Shown in pieces: positions 24,771 through 36,060 of a stretch of DNA of 64,000 nt (the stretch's first letter is position 1; each line of letters begins with the position of its first letter). This stretch comes from Eledone cirrhosa (lineage: Eukaryota). Location: assembly GCA_964016885.1 (NCBI GenBank), contig OZ024743.1, positions 63,488,001 through 63,552,000 of the forward strand, written 5' to 3'. Both the position numbers and the translations under genes were made by a program. A model generated the notes under the pieces. It was not told the origin of the DNA, searched no databases, and was given only the letters and a program-made list of their open reading frames with translations.

Positions 24771-25083
24771 TATATATATATAATTATGTATGTATATATA
24801 TAATTATATATATAATAGACAGTCCACGCTGTAATGTGGCCGTGTAGGCAACACGGTAAAAACCTCCCAGCCCCACACTGTAAATGTGGTTGGTGTTAGG
24901 AAGGCCATCCAGCTGTAGAAAACCCGCCAGACAGTCCTATGCGAGCAAGACAACCACTCTTGCCTCAAGTGGGAAAACTCCCATCCAAACCCATGCAAGC
25001 GTGGAACATAGACGTTAAACGATGATGATGATGATGATGAATATATATACATACATAATTATATATATATATATGTAATTATG

Positions 25084-25144
<61 letters not shown>

Positions 25145-25270
25145 ATATATATATATATCATCACCGTTCATCATCATCACCGTTTTACGTCCGTTCTTCC
25201 ACGCTAGCATGGGTTAGACGGGTTGTCCTGTTGTGTGCAGTGTCTGGTCGGCTGACCATGCCTTGCTCAT
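24511..25270. mobile_element. Three short RTE 3' ends (24511-24675 minus, 24817-25040 plus, 25158-25270 minus) embedded in (TA)n
   Basis: each has the terminal motif and a (GAT/CAT)n tail; separated by (TA)n. Confidence 0.85.
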
Positions 25271-25281
25271 ATATATGTATA

Positions 25282-25349
<68 letters not shown>

Positions 25350-25459
25350 TATACATATATATATATAATTATGTATATATATAATTATATATATAATATA
25401 TATACATACATAATTATATATATATATATATATGTAATTATGTATGTGTATATATATAT

Positions 25460-25501
<42 letters not shown>

Positions 25502-25797
25502 GGAAAAAATGAAACAAAATTTCATTTCCCACTCTTAGTACGGCTGTTACTTAAATCTAAGTATGTACATATACATACATATATGTATACAGACGCACAG
25601 TAGTATGTATATATATATATACATACATGCACACATATATATATGTACGTATGGATTCACTGAACATTTATTATAATGTTCGGTGTGTTTGTAAACAAAC
25701 ATCCCGTATTAAGCCGCAGTGTCTAGCAACCACCGCTGCTCGTTTGTTCAACACTGACAAAGGAACGCTGTACTAGTTTCAATATATATATATATAT

Positions 25798-28700
25798 CAT
25801 CATCATCATCATCATCAACGTTTAACGTCCGTGTTCCACGCTTGCATGGGTTTGGACGGTAGTAGTCCCACTTGAGGCAAGAGTGATTGTCTTGCTCGCA
25901 TAGGACTGTCTGGCAGGTTTTCTACAGTTGGATGCCCTTCCTAACACCAACCACATTTACAGTGTGGGTCTGGGAGGTTTTTACCGTGTTGCCTACACGG
26001 CCACATTACAGCGTGGACTGTGTGTTTTTTTGTCGTGACACCTACACGATCTCATTTGTTTCGGCCTGGATGGCGCGGCACCAACATAACTTTACATAGA
26101 ACGGGGTGGTGTGGATGGGGTGGGGGTGGTGGGGGTGGGACGGGGTGTATTTTGTTAGAGATGCCTACTGGCTGTAGTAGGTTTTACTATGTATTTAGGT
26201 AAGGCGGGTCTTCTCTGTTACTGAGTACCGCCAAAGGTCTCGGTCCAGTGACATTGTCTTGGAGAGGTGTAAGTGTGTGAGGTCGGAGTTTATCAGCTCG
26301 TCCCAGGTTTTTCTAGGTCTGCCTATTCCGTGGCTACCGTCTATCTTTATTGCCCTGCACTTTGTTATACAGCTATCGACTTTCATGCGCATCACGTGTC
26401 CATACCAGCGTAGCCTTCTCTCGAGTAAACAACATCTGATCCCTCTTATTTCTAATTTTTTCCTTAGTTCGTTTATGCTTTGCCGTTCACGTATATTACT
26501 GTTACACATCCAGCGGAGCATGCAAGCTTCGTTCCTCTCTAGTCTGCGTATATCCTCTGCACACAATGCCCAGGTCTCACTGCCATGCAACATTGCTGTT
26601 CGTATGCAGGCATCGTACAACCTGCCTTTCATTTTTAGGGAGAACCCTTTAGCAGCTAATAGTGGTATAAGCTCTCTGAACTTTTTCCAACCAGTTCTGA
26701 CACTAGCTACTGTACTTTCAGAGCACCCTCCCCCACTGCTGATTTTATCGCCCAGGTAATGGAAGCTGTCCACTATTTCTATAGAACCCTCTGCGCAATT
26801 GAAAGAGCTAGTATTTTGTGGGCACTTGCTGCTACTTATTGCACCAGAGCACCGGCCACATGTAAAATCTATGTTCTTAGTTAGCTTACCTGTGATTCCA
26901 CTATATCTTTTATGCACCCATACTTTGCATTTAGGACATAAAATGGAGTTTCTACCTACGCCTTTCCTACACACTGAGCATGACCATTTCCCAGAAGGGA
27001 CCGCCACCTTATTTTCTTTCCTACAAACTAGAACTTTAGTCTTAGCCAGGTTAATTTTAAGTCCTTTTGATTCTAGGCCGTGCTTCCATGTTTGGAATTT
27101 CTTCTCTAGCTCGGCCATTGATTCAGCTATGAGTGTCAGATCGTCTGCATATAGGAGTTCCCATGGGCAGCCGGTCTTGAACTCCTCTGTTATAGCCTGA
27201 AGGGCAATAATAAATAGTAGGGGGCTGAGAACAGAGCCTTGATGGACGCCAACTTTTACGCTAAACTCTTCACTATATTCGTTGTTAATTCTAACCTTGC
27301 TGACTGTTTCTTTATACATGGCTTGTATAGCTCTCACAAGCCATTCGTCAACACCTAGTTTTCTAAGAGCCCACCAGATAATGGAGCGGGGGACTCTGTC
27401 GAAGGCTTTCTCCAAGTCGACAAAAGCTAAGTAAAGGGGTTTACCTTTAGCTAGGTACTTCTCCTGTAGTTGTCGTACAATGAAAAGAGCGTCTGTGGTA
27501 CTTTTGCCTGACACAAACCCGAACTGCATTTCATCTAGGTCAATTCTCTCTCTGATTAGTTGCGCTATTACTTTTTCCGTGACCTTCATGACCTGGTCGA
27601 TTAATTTAATGCCTCTATAGTTACTCCTATCTAGGGCGTCTCCTTTACCCTTATAACAGTTAACTATGATGCTCCTATGCTAGTCCTTCGGAACAACCCC
27701 ATTCTGTACAACTTGGTTAACTATGCGGGTGACCATGGTGTGTCCCACCGTGCCAGATGCCTTCAGCATCTCAGCAACTATTTCCGAAGGCCCAGCCGCC
27801 TTACCCATCTTCATATCCTTGATTGCCTTACTTATTATACTCCCCTCGACTAACACTGCTGGTCCCTCTATTGGGTCGATATGGGGGAGACTGTCTTTCT
27901 CCCATTTATTCTCCTCATTTAGTAGCCTTTCATAGTGACACTTCCAAGCTACCTTCTTATCAGCGTCGGTGATGGCAAGTACGCCGTCATCATTAAGTAC
28001 ACACTTCTCCCCGACAATATCACGGTTTTCCTTGACGCATTGCCTAGCAATCCTGAACACCTCACGTTTTTGGTCCTCGCGTTGTAGAACATGCTTGAAC
28101 TTTCTTTCCTCTGCTTCCCTTCTTGCTAAGTACACTTGTCTCCTAGCTTCCCTCCTGGCCACTTGATAGTCTTCTCTACTTCCCCCATCCCGCCATACTT
28201 TCCAAGCCTGCTTTTTGGCCTTAATTGACCCCTCCACCTTACTGTTCCACCACCATGTTACTCTCCTCCTGCCTACAGGCCTGCTCCAGCCACAGACTTC
28301 GTCTGTCGCCATCAGCAGGTTTGCTTTCAGAAATTCCCACTGTCCCTCTATATTGTCCGACTCTAAATGCTCTTCCTTACTGTCGAAAGCATCAAGTAAT
28401 ATGCTTTTAAATTTATTTCTGGCTGTGGGGTCCTTTAGCTTCCATATTTTTCTCCTGAGGATAGTCCTCTTCTGCTGTCGAGTACGTCTCGTCCTGACTA
28501 TGAGGTCGCTAATTATCAGTCTATGTTGGGAGGTGCATTCTTCATGGGGGAGGGATTTAGTGTTTACAACAGACACTCTGTCACGTCTTCTGGTAAGGAT
28601 ATAATCTACCTGGATTGTGTGTTCCCCGGATCTATAGGTGATCAGGTGATTGTCACGTTTTTTGAAGTTAGTGTTACAGATAGTTAGGTTATTTGCGTCA

Positions 28701-28885
28701 CAGAATTCCAGGATTCTGGAGCCTTCCTCATTTCTAGTACCAAACCCATAGCCTCCATGGATTTCGTCGTAGCCGTCACAATGTTGTCCAACGTGACCAT
28801 TTAGGTCGCCTGCAATAATTATATAGTCACTGTCGGTTATTTGGGAGGTAGTGAGCATCAGTGTCTCATAGAATCTGTCTTTTGT
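25798..28885 (-). mobile_element. RTE LINE family A, long 5'-truncated copy
   Basis: ORFs 27680..28957 and 26195..27589 nearly identical to the 44615 protein; in-frame TAG at 27680; full 3'UTR and tail. Confidence 0.97.
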
Positions 28886-28894
28886 ACTTTTCAA

Positions 28895-28936
<42 letters not shown>

Positions 28937-29689
28937 GTCCCTATCATTCCACTGCAAAGTGGTCGTGGAGGTGCCACGTAAAAAAAAAAAGCACCTGTAA
29001 ATGAGGTTGGTGTTAGGAAGGGCCTCCAGCTGTAGAAATCAAGCCAGAATCAGTTCCCGTATGAGCAAGACAAGGTCAGCCGACCGGACACTGCCCACAA
29101 CAGGACAACCCATCTAACCTATGCTAGCATGGAAGAACGGACGTAAAATGGTGATGATGATGATAATGATATACACACATATATAATATATATATATATA
29201 TACACATGTATACACATTAATGAAACCCTCTCTCTCTCTCTCCATATATATATATATGTATATGTGTGTATATATATATATACACACACATAATTACATA
29301 TATATATATGTAATTATGTATGTGTATATATATAGTATGTATTAAATATATATATATATATATATATGGAGAGAGAGAAGGAGAGAGAGAGAGGTGAGGG
29401 TTTCATTAATCCTTCAGTATGATATACCAGACAACCATAGGACTATGGTGGTGGTGGTGGTAGGGAAGTGAGGCTATGAGTAACCTTTACTTTGCCCCTG
29501 GCCTAATTCCATTTGGCAAGGAAGCAATCAACTGAAGATTAGTGAGTTGATCAGCATTCCACCTGTAATTAATCTGTCTCCATTGGGTGGGTGGCGTTCA
29601 TGTTGTCTCAAGATTTAGGAATAAAAATGTATGAAGCCTCTTCTACAGACACTATGAGGTAGTTTTCTATTTTTGGACAACTACACTGT

Positions 29690-30030
29690 GAAGGCACATT
29701 CCCTCGTGATTATGCTGTTGGACACATAATCATAATGTTGTGGTTTTGATTCCTGGACTAGGTGGTGTGTTGTGTTCTTCAGCAAAATACTTTACTTCAC
29801 ATTGCTCCTTCTGTCAGGAGTTGTGACCAGCAGAAATGGAAAGATCAATTGAAACATTGTTTCCTTGGTCCGCTCTGATGATTGCCTCCTTTCATTCAAG
29901 TCAAACAATTGTGCTGAAGTTACTGCTCCATTAAAAAAAGCTGATCCTCAGCTTGAACTAAGAAAACAATGTTTCCATTGGTCTTTCCCTTAACTGATAT
30001 TATCTGCCAGTCACAACTCCTGGCAGAAGG
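29690..30030. mobile_element. SINE S1 copy plus inverted partial copy
   Basis: similar to 16445-16640; 29960-30030 is an inverted match to 29808-29870. Confidence 0.6.
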
Positions 30031-30234
30031 ACTCATTCAACCTATGCTAGCATGAAAAAGCAGATGTAAAATGGATGATGTTGATGATGGTGTACAGGGA
30101 ACATTTGATAAAATATGTTATTGTTTTTTTTGTAAATATATATAAATATATATTTAAAGCAAGACCATGTGATAAATATATTTATAATATATATTGATAC
30201 CAGGAAATGAATCATTTATTATTTGATAGCTACA

Positions 30235-30246
30235 AGAGAGAGAGAG

Positions 30247-30327
<81 letters not shown>

Positions 30328-30348
30328 AGAGGGAGAGAGAGAGAGAGA
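30235..30348. repeat. (GA)n microsatellite
   Basis: direct reading. Confidence 0.95.
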
Positions 30349-30944
30349 CACCATAGGATAAGGTCATTTGTTATTGTGTATCTATAGAGATAAAATACTT
30401 TTAAAAAAAATTTGTTTATCATTCATGTAATAAAGTAACATTTCTGATAGGGTTCAAACTGAAAGCTGGGATATATCAGACATCCAATATGATTGATATG
30501 ACATGAGTGACTCAGGCGTATTGTATAAAAATATTTTTTTACCCTGTCAGAAATTATTTAACTCTTAACCTTCTGTACTGCATGAAACATTAACAAGATA
30601 TTCTTGAAAAGTAAAAAATAACACTTTGACTGCATCACATTAAAAATCCAAGTTTCATTCTAATATTGCATATTTTCACAACAATCAGTCTACTAGTAAA
30701 GATACTATAAACATTTGAATTAACAAATATGATTTTAGATATTTTCATTTTCTGTTAAATCACTTCATGTGTATTGTCTCGTAACTCCTGATACAGTCGT
30801 AGGTATGCCATATTGACATAAGGCATTTCTTGGACATTTTAAGCCTGGCGGAGTCCATCCCTCTCCAGACCTTAGTACAGCAGATTTCTTCCAGAGAAAG
30901 ATAGAAAATGAGGGAAAGGAAATGAGAAAGAGATGTAGAGGAAG

Positions 30945-31095
30945 AATCGACCGCAGTACTAGACTGGTACATTTTTTATCAACCTTGAAAGGATGAAAGG
31001 CAAAGCTGACCTCGGCAGGATTTGAACTCAGAGAGCAGAGAGCCAGAACCAATACCATAGAACATTCTATCCGATGTTCTAACAACTCTGCCTAT
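30945..31095 (-). mobile_element. tRNA-derived SINE (family S2)
   Basis: antisense gagttcaaatcc..ctttgcctttcatccttt..gataaaaaatgtaccag. Confidence 0.8.
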
Positions 31096-31348
31096 GTTAA
31101 ATCATTACAGAATGTTAAAAGTTAACCTTTCATGATACCTCTAATGAAATACACTCTATTTCAATTATTTAACAAATTATTTTGAGGTATTTACTAAAAT
31201 TACTAATTATTTCATTTCTAAGATAGTAATTTTGAAAATCATAGGTAATAACTATCATTAAACATATGGCAATGAAAAGGTTAATATATCAGATAGTACA
31301 TTGATATTTGTCCTCACACAAACAAGCTGACACTAGAATGGTCGTTGT

Positions 31349-31398
31349 CATCATCATCATCATCATCATCATCGTCGTCATCATCATCATCATCATCG

Positions 31399-31459
<61 letters not shown>

Positions 31460-31505
31460 TGTTTTAACATCCACTTTCCTGGCTAGCAAGGGTTGGACAA
31501 GTCTA
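31349..31505 (-). mobile_element. RTE terminal remnant with expanded (CAT)n tail
   Basis: ~110-bp (CAT)n followed by tttaacatccac..gctagcaagggttgg. Confidence 0.75.
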
Positions 31506-31919
31506 CATAGACCAAGTCAGTACTGATGTGGGGTTACTGATCTCCAAGACAGGCTAATGAACTGCATCTCACTTAAATATGGCCTCACATTCTACCAAGT
31601 GCACAGAGGAGGTTGCCATGTCTTTAATTCAACTGAAGGGTTCTCCCAACCCTTTGTTTGATATATATACATATAAATATTGTAGCAAGTCTTCTCGTGG
31701 GTAAACTGAGGTATGAAGAATCTTTCTTGAATTTATGAATGAAGCTTCTTTCATACCTCAATATACTCTTGAGAAGGGTTGCTACTTATAAGCCAGAACC
31801 ACTAGGCGTTGCCTTCTTTTATAAACATTTTGTACCTTCCCATGCATAGAGTACTACCCTGATTTGTAGTCTACCTAATTTGTGGTCTCCCTGGTTTTGG
31901 CACTGCAGACTTATATATA

Positions 31920-32457
31920 TCATATATACTTGAGAAATAGTTGATCTCATGTAAAAGTCAACACCTTATTTTTGTCCAAAAAAATCTGTAATTTTCCATA
32001 GACCTCATATAAAGGTCAATCCTGGTATTTCACAGATAACAGGTCAACATTTGTGGGTAGAAATAACTCTGTTACAAAATCATCATAAATTTAAGGCAAA
32101 TTTATATTGCAAATACATGTCTGAAACTAAAAATTTACCCAGACATGTGCCAAAAGTTTGATGAATATGAGTAAAAGAGCAAGTGTAAATATTTATAAAA
32201 GCTATGCGGCCTTCTTTATGGATTTTGTTTTTTACTAGGACGTGCGTTTTGATACATAGAATCGGTAATATTACTGTAATTCATTGTTTTTGTTTTTATT
32301 GATTTAGAGATCAGTTGAGCTTCTATTGATACAGTACTTTGGATTCTAGCTTGAATTTCATGCCCTTCAAAAGTAGTATCTATGTAATAGTCATCCCTAT
32401 AAATTAAATCTTTAAAAAATGGTCTAAAAAATTCGATTTTTACACGAGTATATACCG
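31920..32457. mobile_element. Tc1/mariner-pogo-type MITE
   Basis: catatatacttgag ... cacgagtatataccg-TA. Confidence 0.55.
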
Positions 32458-32933
32458 TAGGTATTTATATATATCATCATCATCATCACCATTTAATGTC
32501 ATGGGTTAGACAAGTTGTCCTGTTGTGAGAAATGCCAGGTCAGGTGACCATGTCTTGCTCATACAGACCTGATTTTGGCTTGGTTTCTACAACTGGATGT
32601 TCTTCCTAATGCCACCCTCATTTACAGTGAGTACTGGGTGTTTTTTGTTGTGACACCTGCATGACCACTTTACAGTGTGAGGTGGACGCTTTTTGTTGTG
32701 TCACCATCACAACCACTTTACAGTGAGGGCTGGGGGCTTCACTGGATGTATACTCCAGCCTGTCCTCATGGGAGATTGTATGGGAGTGGGTGGGGTGTGA
32801 TGGTGCATACTATATGTATGCTTTAGCTTCAGTCAGTGCAGTAGCATAATGCCAGAGATCTCGGTCCTGTGTTATTACCTTACATATATACATAAATATA
32901 TATATATATTTAATATAGAAATAGCATATACAG

Positions 32934-32975
32934 GACTAGACATGTTTCATTTGAAGGAAATCATCAATTCTAGTC
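32934..32975 (-). ncRNA. Degenerate minimal hammerhead
   Basis: gactagaa-TTGATGA-tttccttcaaat-GAAA-catg-TC-tagtc; palindromic stem III; (TA)n downstream. Confidence 0.4.
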
Positions 32976-33127
32976 CCGTTGAAGCCAGTTCTATACTAAA
33001 TATTATATATACTCTACTATGTATTGAGTACCTTACTTACCGTGGTTACCCCCGATTGAACTTTGGATACATACACACACATATATATATATATATAATA
33101 TATATATATATATAATATATATATATA

Positions 33128-33597
33128 TTAGAATTGGTGCTCTGAAATAGCGATATATATATGAATGTATATATAGTGTATTTTGCAATACACTGTATGC
33201 TTAATTAAAAGAATTTCGAAGACCTTACGCTATTGTTTTAGAGTAGTGACAGTCTCACTTGCTTTAAATTTTCAGCAAACAGGGGGAGATAAAGCTGACA
33301 GAGCTCTGTTTCGTACTATTTGGTACTTATCAAAGCTAAGTATTCCACCTGTTTGCTGAAAATCATGAATGTTTGATTCTTATAGAATTTTAGTAATAAT
33401 CAGGAACTGGTTATACAGAGCGGTTGCCGGTCAAGCAGAAATTGAAAATTAGAATTGGTGCTCTGAAATAGCGATATATATATAAATTTAAAGTAAGTGA
33501 GACTGTCACTACTCTAAAACAATAGCGTAAGGTCTTCAAAATGCTTTTAATTAAGCATACAGTTTATTGCAAAATACACTATATATACATTCATATA
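33128..33597. mobile_element. Second copy of the hammerhead-bearing 321-bp unit (tandem overlap plus inverted partial copy)
   Basis: ttagaattggtgctctgaaatagcg at 33128 and 33449; 33488-33597 inverted; (TA)n flanks. Confidence 0.85.
33293..33337 (-). ncRNA. Type-I hammerhead ribozyme, U3-A8 core variant
   Basis: agct-TTGATAA-gtac-caaata-gtac-GAAA-cagagctctg-TC-agct. Confidence 0.8.
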
Positions 33598-33608
33598 TAT
33601 ATATTTAT

Positions 33609-33685
<77 letters not shown>

Positions 33686-34399
33686 TATGTGTGTGTAATA
33701 AATTTGAATAAATTTATATTTAAATATAAATGCTTCAATGCCTAATTATATATCTCTGTTCAAATGCTCATTATTAACACACAAAAACTAATTCATGTTT
33801 TTCTAGATATTCTGAAAGAATAACAATAAATATTAATATCTATTGTCAATAATATTATGACTGAATGTTATTAACAGGAGGATTGTAAGCAATTAGATAG
33901 ATATCCTTCAGTACATGATTTGCAATTTGTTTGTACACCACTCTACAGATTCTGTAAATTTATCATACTCATAACGCTTTCATTACCATATTTCTAATGA
34001 AAAATACTGCTGAACATTTTCAACTCATTTTTAAAATATTCAAGAATATGGTGGAACTTAGCATTATAACTGACTTTTTTGTATTTGTCTGGAGTTTGGA
34101 GTATAACTTAATAGTTTCCTTTATAAGATTATGATGGGAGGTTTTTAGATAAATGCAAACATTTTAACACTAAAAGTAAGTAAAACAAAAGGTCAGTGAT
34201 TTATAAACTGTCACTGTCATTGCTGTGTACTTAGCTCAAGACAAATAGCTCTCATTAGCTTTAACCCTTTCATTAAACCACTGCCTATAATTTTGAAAAT
34301 AACCAAAAATTTGGAGAGATTTACTGATATATCTAATTTTCTCACTATTAATCTGGTGTTTAGAGCATAACTTAACAAAGGCTCTTTCATATTTTTTGT

Positions 34400-36060
34400 T
34401 ACCCGGCTTTAAGTGTCATTTCCTGATTTGTTATATCCCATTATTATAAAAAAATACTATTATTTAATTAGAAGTTTGGGTTTGTAGTCAGAAATTTGAT
34501 ATTTCGAAATTTTCATATTTTTCAAGAAAAAACACATTTTTAAAAATTTATCAGTTCATATAATTAATTCAACAGAGTATATATTTATTTTATTTCACAA
34601 ACTTATCAAAAGCAAACAGATAAAAACAAATAATACTTATAAAGCAACTTATACACATCAGAAATGACTGGATTTCCTGGATTTGCGGTTGTAGTCCAGG
34701 TCGTATTCCCGCACTAGCCCCATCATTTTTTCATTGTAGTGGCCCTAGTACCTCCGCTCTATCTCTTTCACATCTTGGTGGAATCGTTCGCCTTGTTCTT
34801 CTGAGTAGGCGCCCATATTGTCCTTGAATTTTTCCAGGTGAGCGTCCAGCATATGGAGTTTAAGCGACATCCTGCATCCCATGGCGCCAAAAGCCTTTAT
34901 CAGATCCTGCACCAGTTGCTGGTAGTTTTCAGCTCTGTAGTTGCCCAGGAAGCCCTTAACAACTGCCTTGAAACAGTTCCATGCTGTTCTCTCAATCCTA
35001 TTGAGCTTATTGGAGAACTCGGTAGACTCAAACACCTTCTTTATCTGAGGTCCAACAAAAATTCGACCTTTGATTTTGGCCTCAGATAACTTGGGGAAGA
35101 ACTCAAGAAGGTACTTAAAAGCGGCTGATTCTTGGTTGAGAGCCTTCACAAACTGCTTCATCAACCCCAACTTAATGTGAAGTGGTGGCATGAGCATAAT
35201 CCTAGGATCAACCAGTGGATCCCACATGACGTTCCGAGTCCCAACTACAAATTCTGTTCGCTGCTCCCAGTTCTTTCTTTTGTAGTGGTCAGAGGTGACT
35301 CTGCTGTCTCAAAGGCAGAGGAAGCATTGGAATTTGATAAAGCCTCCTTGGAGTCCAAACAGGAAAGCCACCATCTTGAAGTCTCCAATGATTTCCCAAT
35401 TGTACTGGTTGTATTGCAGAGCTTCCAAGAGGACTTTCAGACTGTAGTAATCTTCCTTCAGGCAGACTGAATGAGCTAGGGGCAGTGTCGGGAACTTGTT
35501 TCTAGTGTGGAGGAGGACAGCCTTCAAACTTGTGGTGGAGCTGTCTATAAATAGCCGCCACTCCTTGGGAACAAACGGCACCCCAATAACGTCAAACAGT
35601 CCAGGCACGTCATGGCAGAAGCAGAGGCCATCCCTAAGAGTGTAAAAGCCTGAGAAAGGTTTGTGTCGACTTCCCCCTTGACAAAGTTCCACTTAAAACA
35701 CAACTTACCCTTTATTCAGGGTGAAAAAATCCAGTATCAATAAATCTCTTTAATCCACTTTTTAACAATTTTATACTTTATTGCGCTTTTATAATTTTCT
35801 TTAGGTATTACTCTTTATTTTATAATTTTAATTTAACCTGAAACATATATAAAAATCATTTAACATAAGCAAATTAAACTTACATACAACGTAAAATCCA
35901 GCATACAAATAATTCTAGTGAATAGCTTAGAATTTTTACAAACCCCAACTTTTAACTGTTTAATAGCACTTTATTTTAAAATTTATTTGGGACCTAAGCA
36001 ACACAAAAAAAGAGATTACAAGCCAGGAACAGAGAAAAAGAAACTTTTTGTTACACGGTG
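34400..36060 (-). mobile_element. Chapaev3-like (CMC) DNA transposon, internally deleted, transposase disrupted
   Basis: WRLFIDSS..SLKAVLLH, GDFKMV..CFLCL, PPLHIKLGLMKQFVKAL, SEEQGERFHQD; 5' end TTA|CACCGTGTAACAAAAAG; left end uncertain. Confidence 0.8.

Noticed and set aside
26259-28604. Antisense ORFs over RTE copies
   Set aside because: Shadow frames of the RT ORF with no independent motifs
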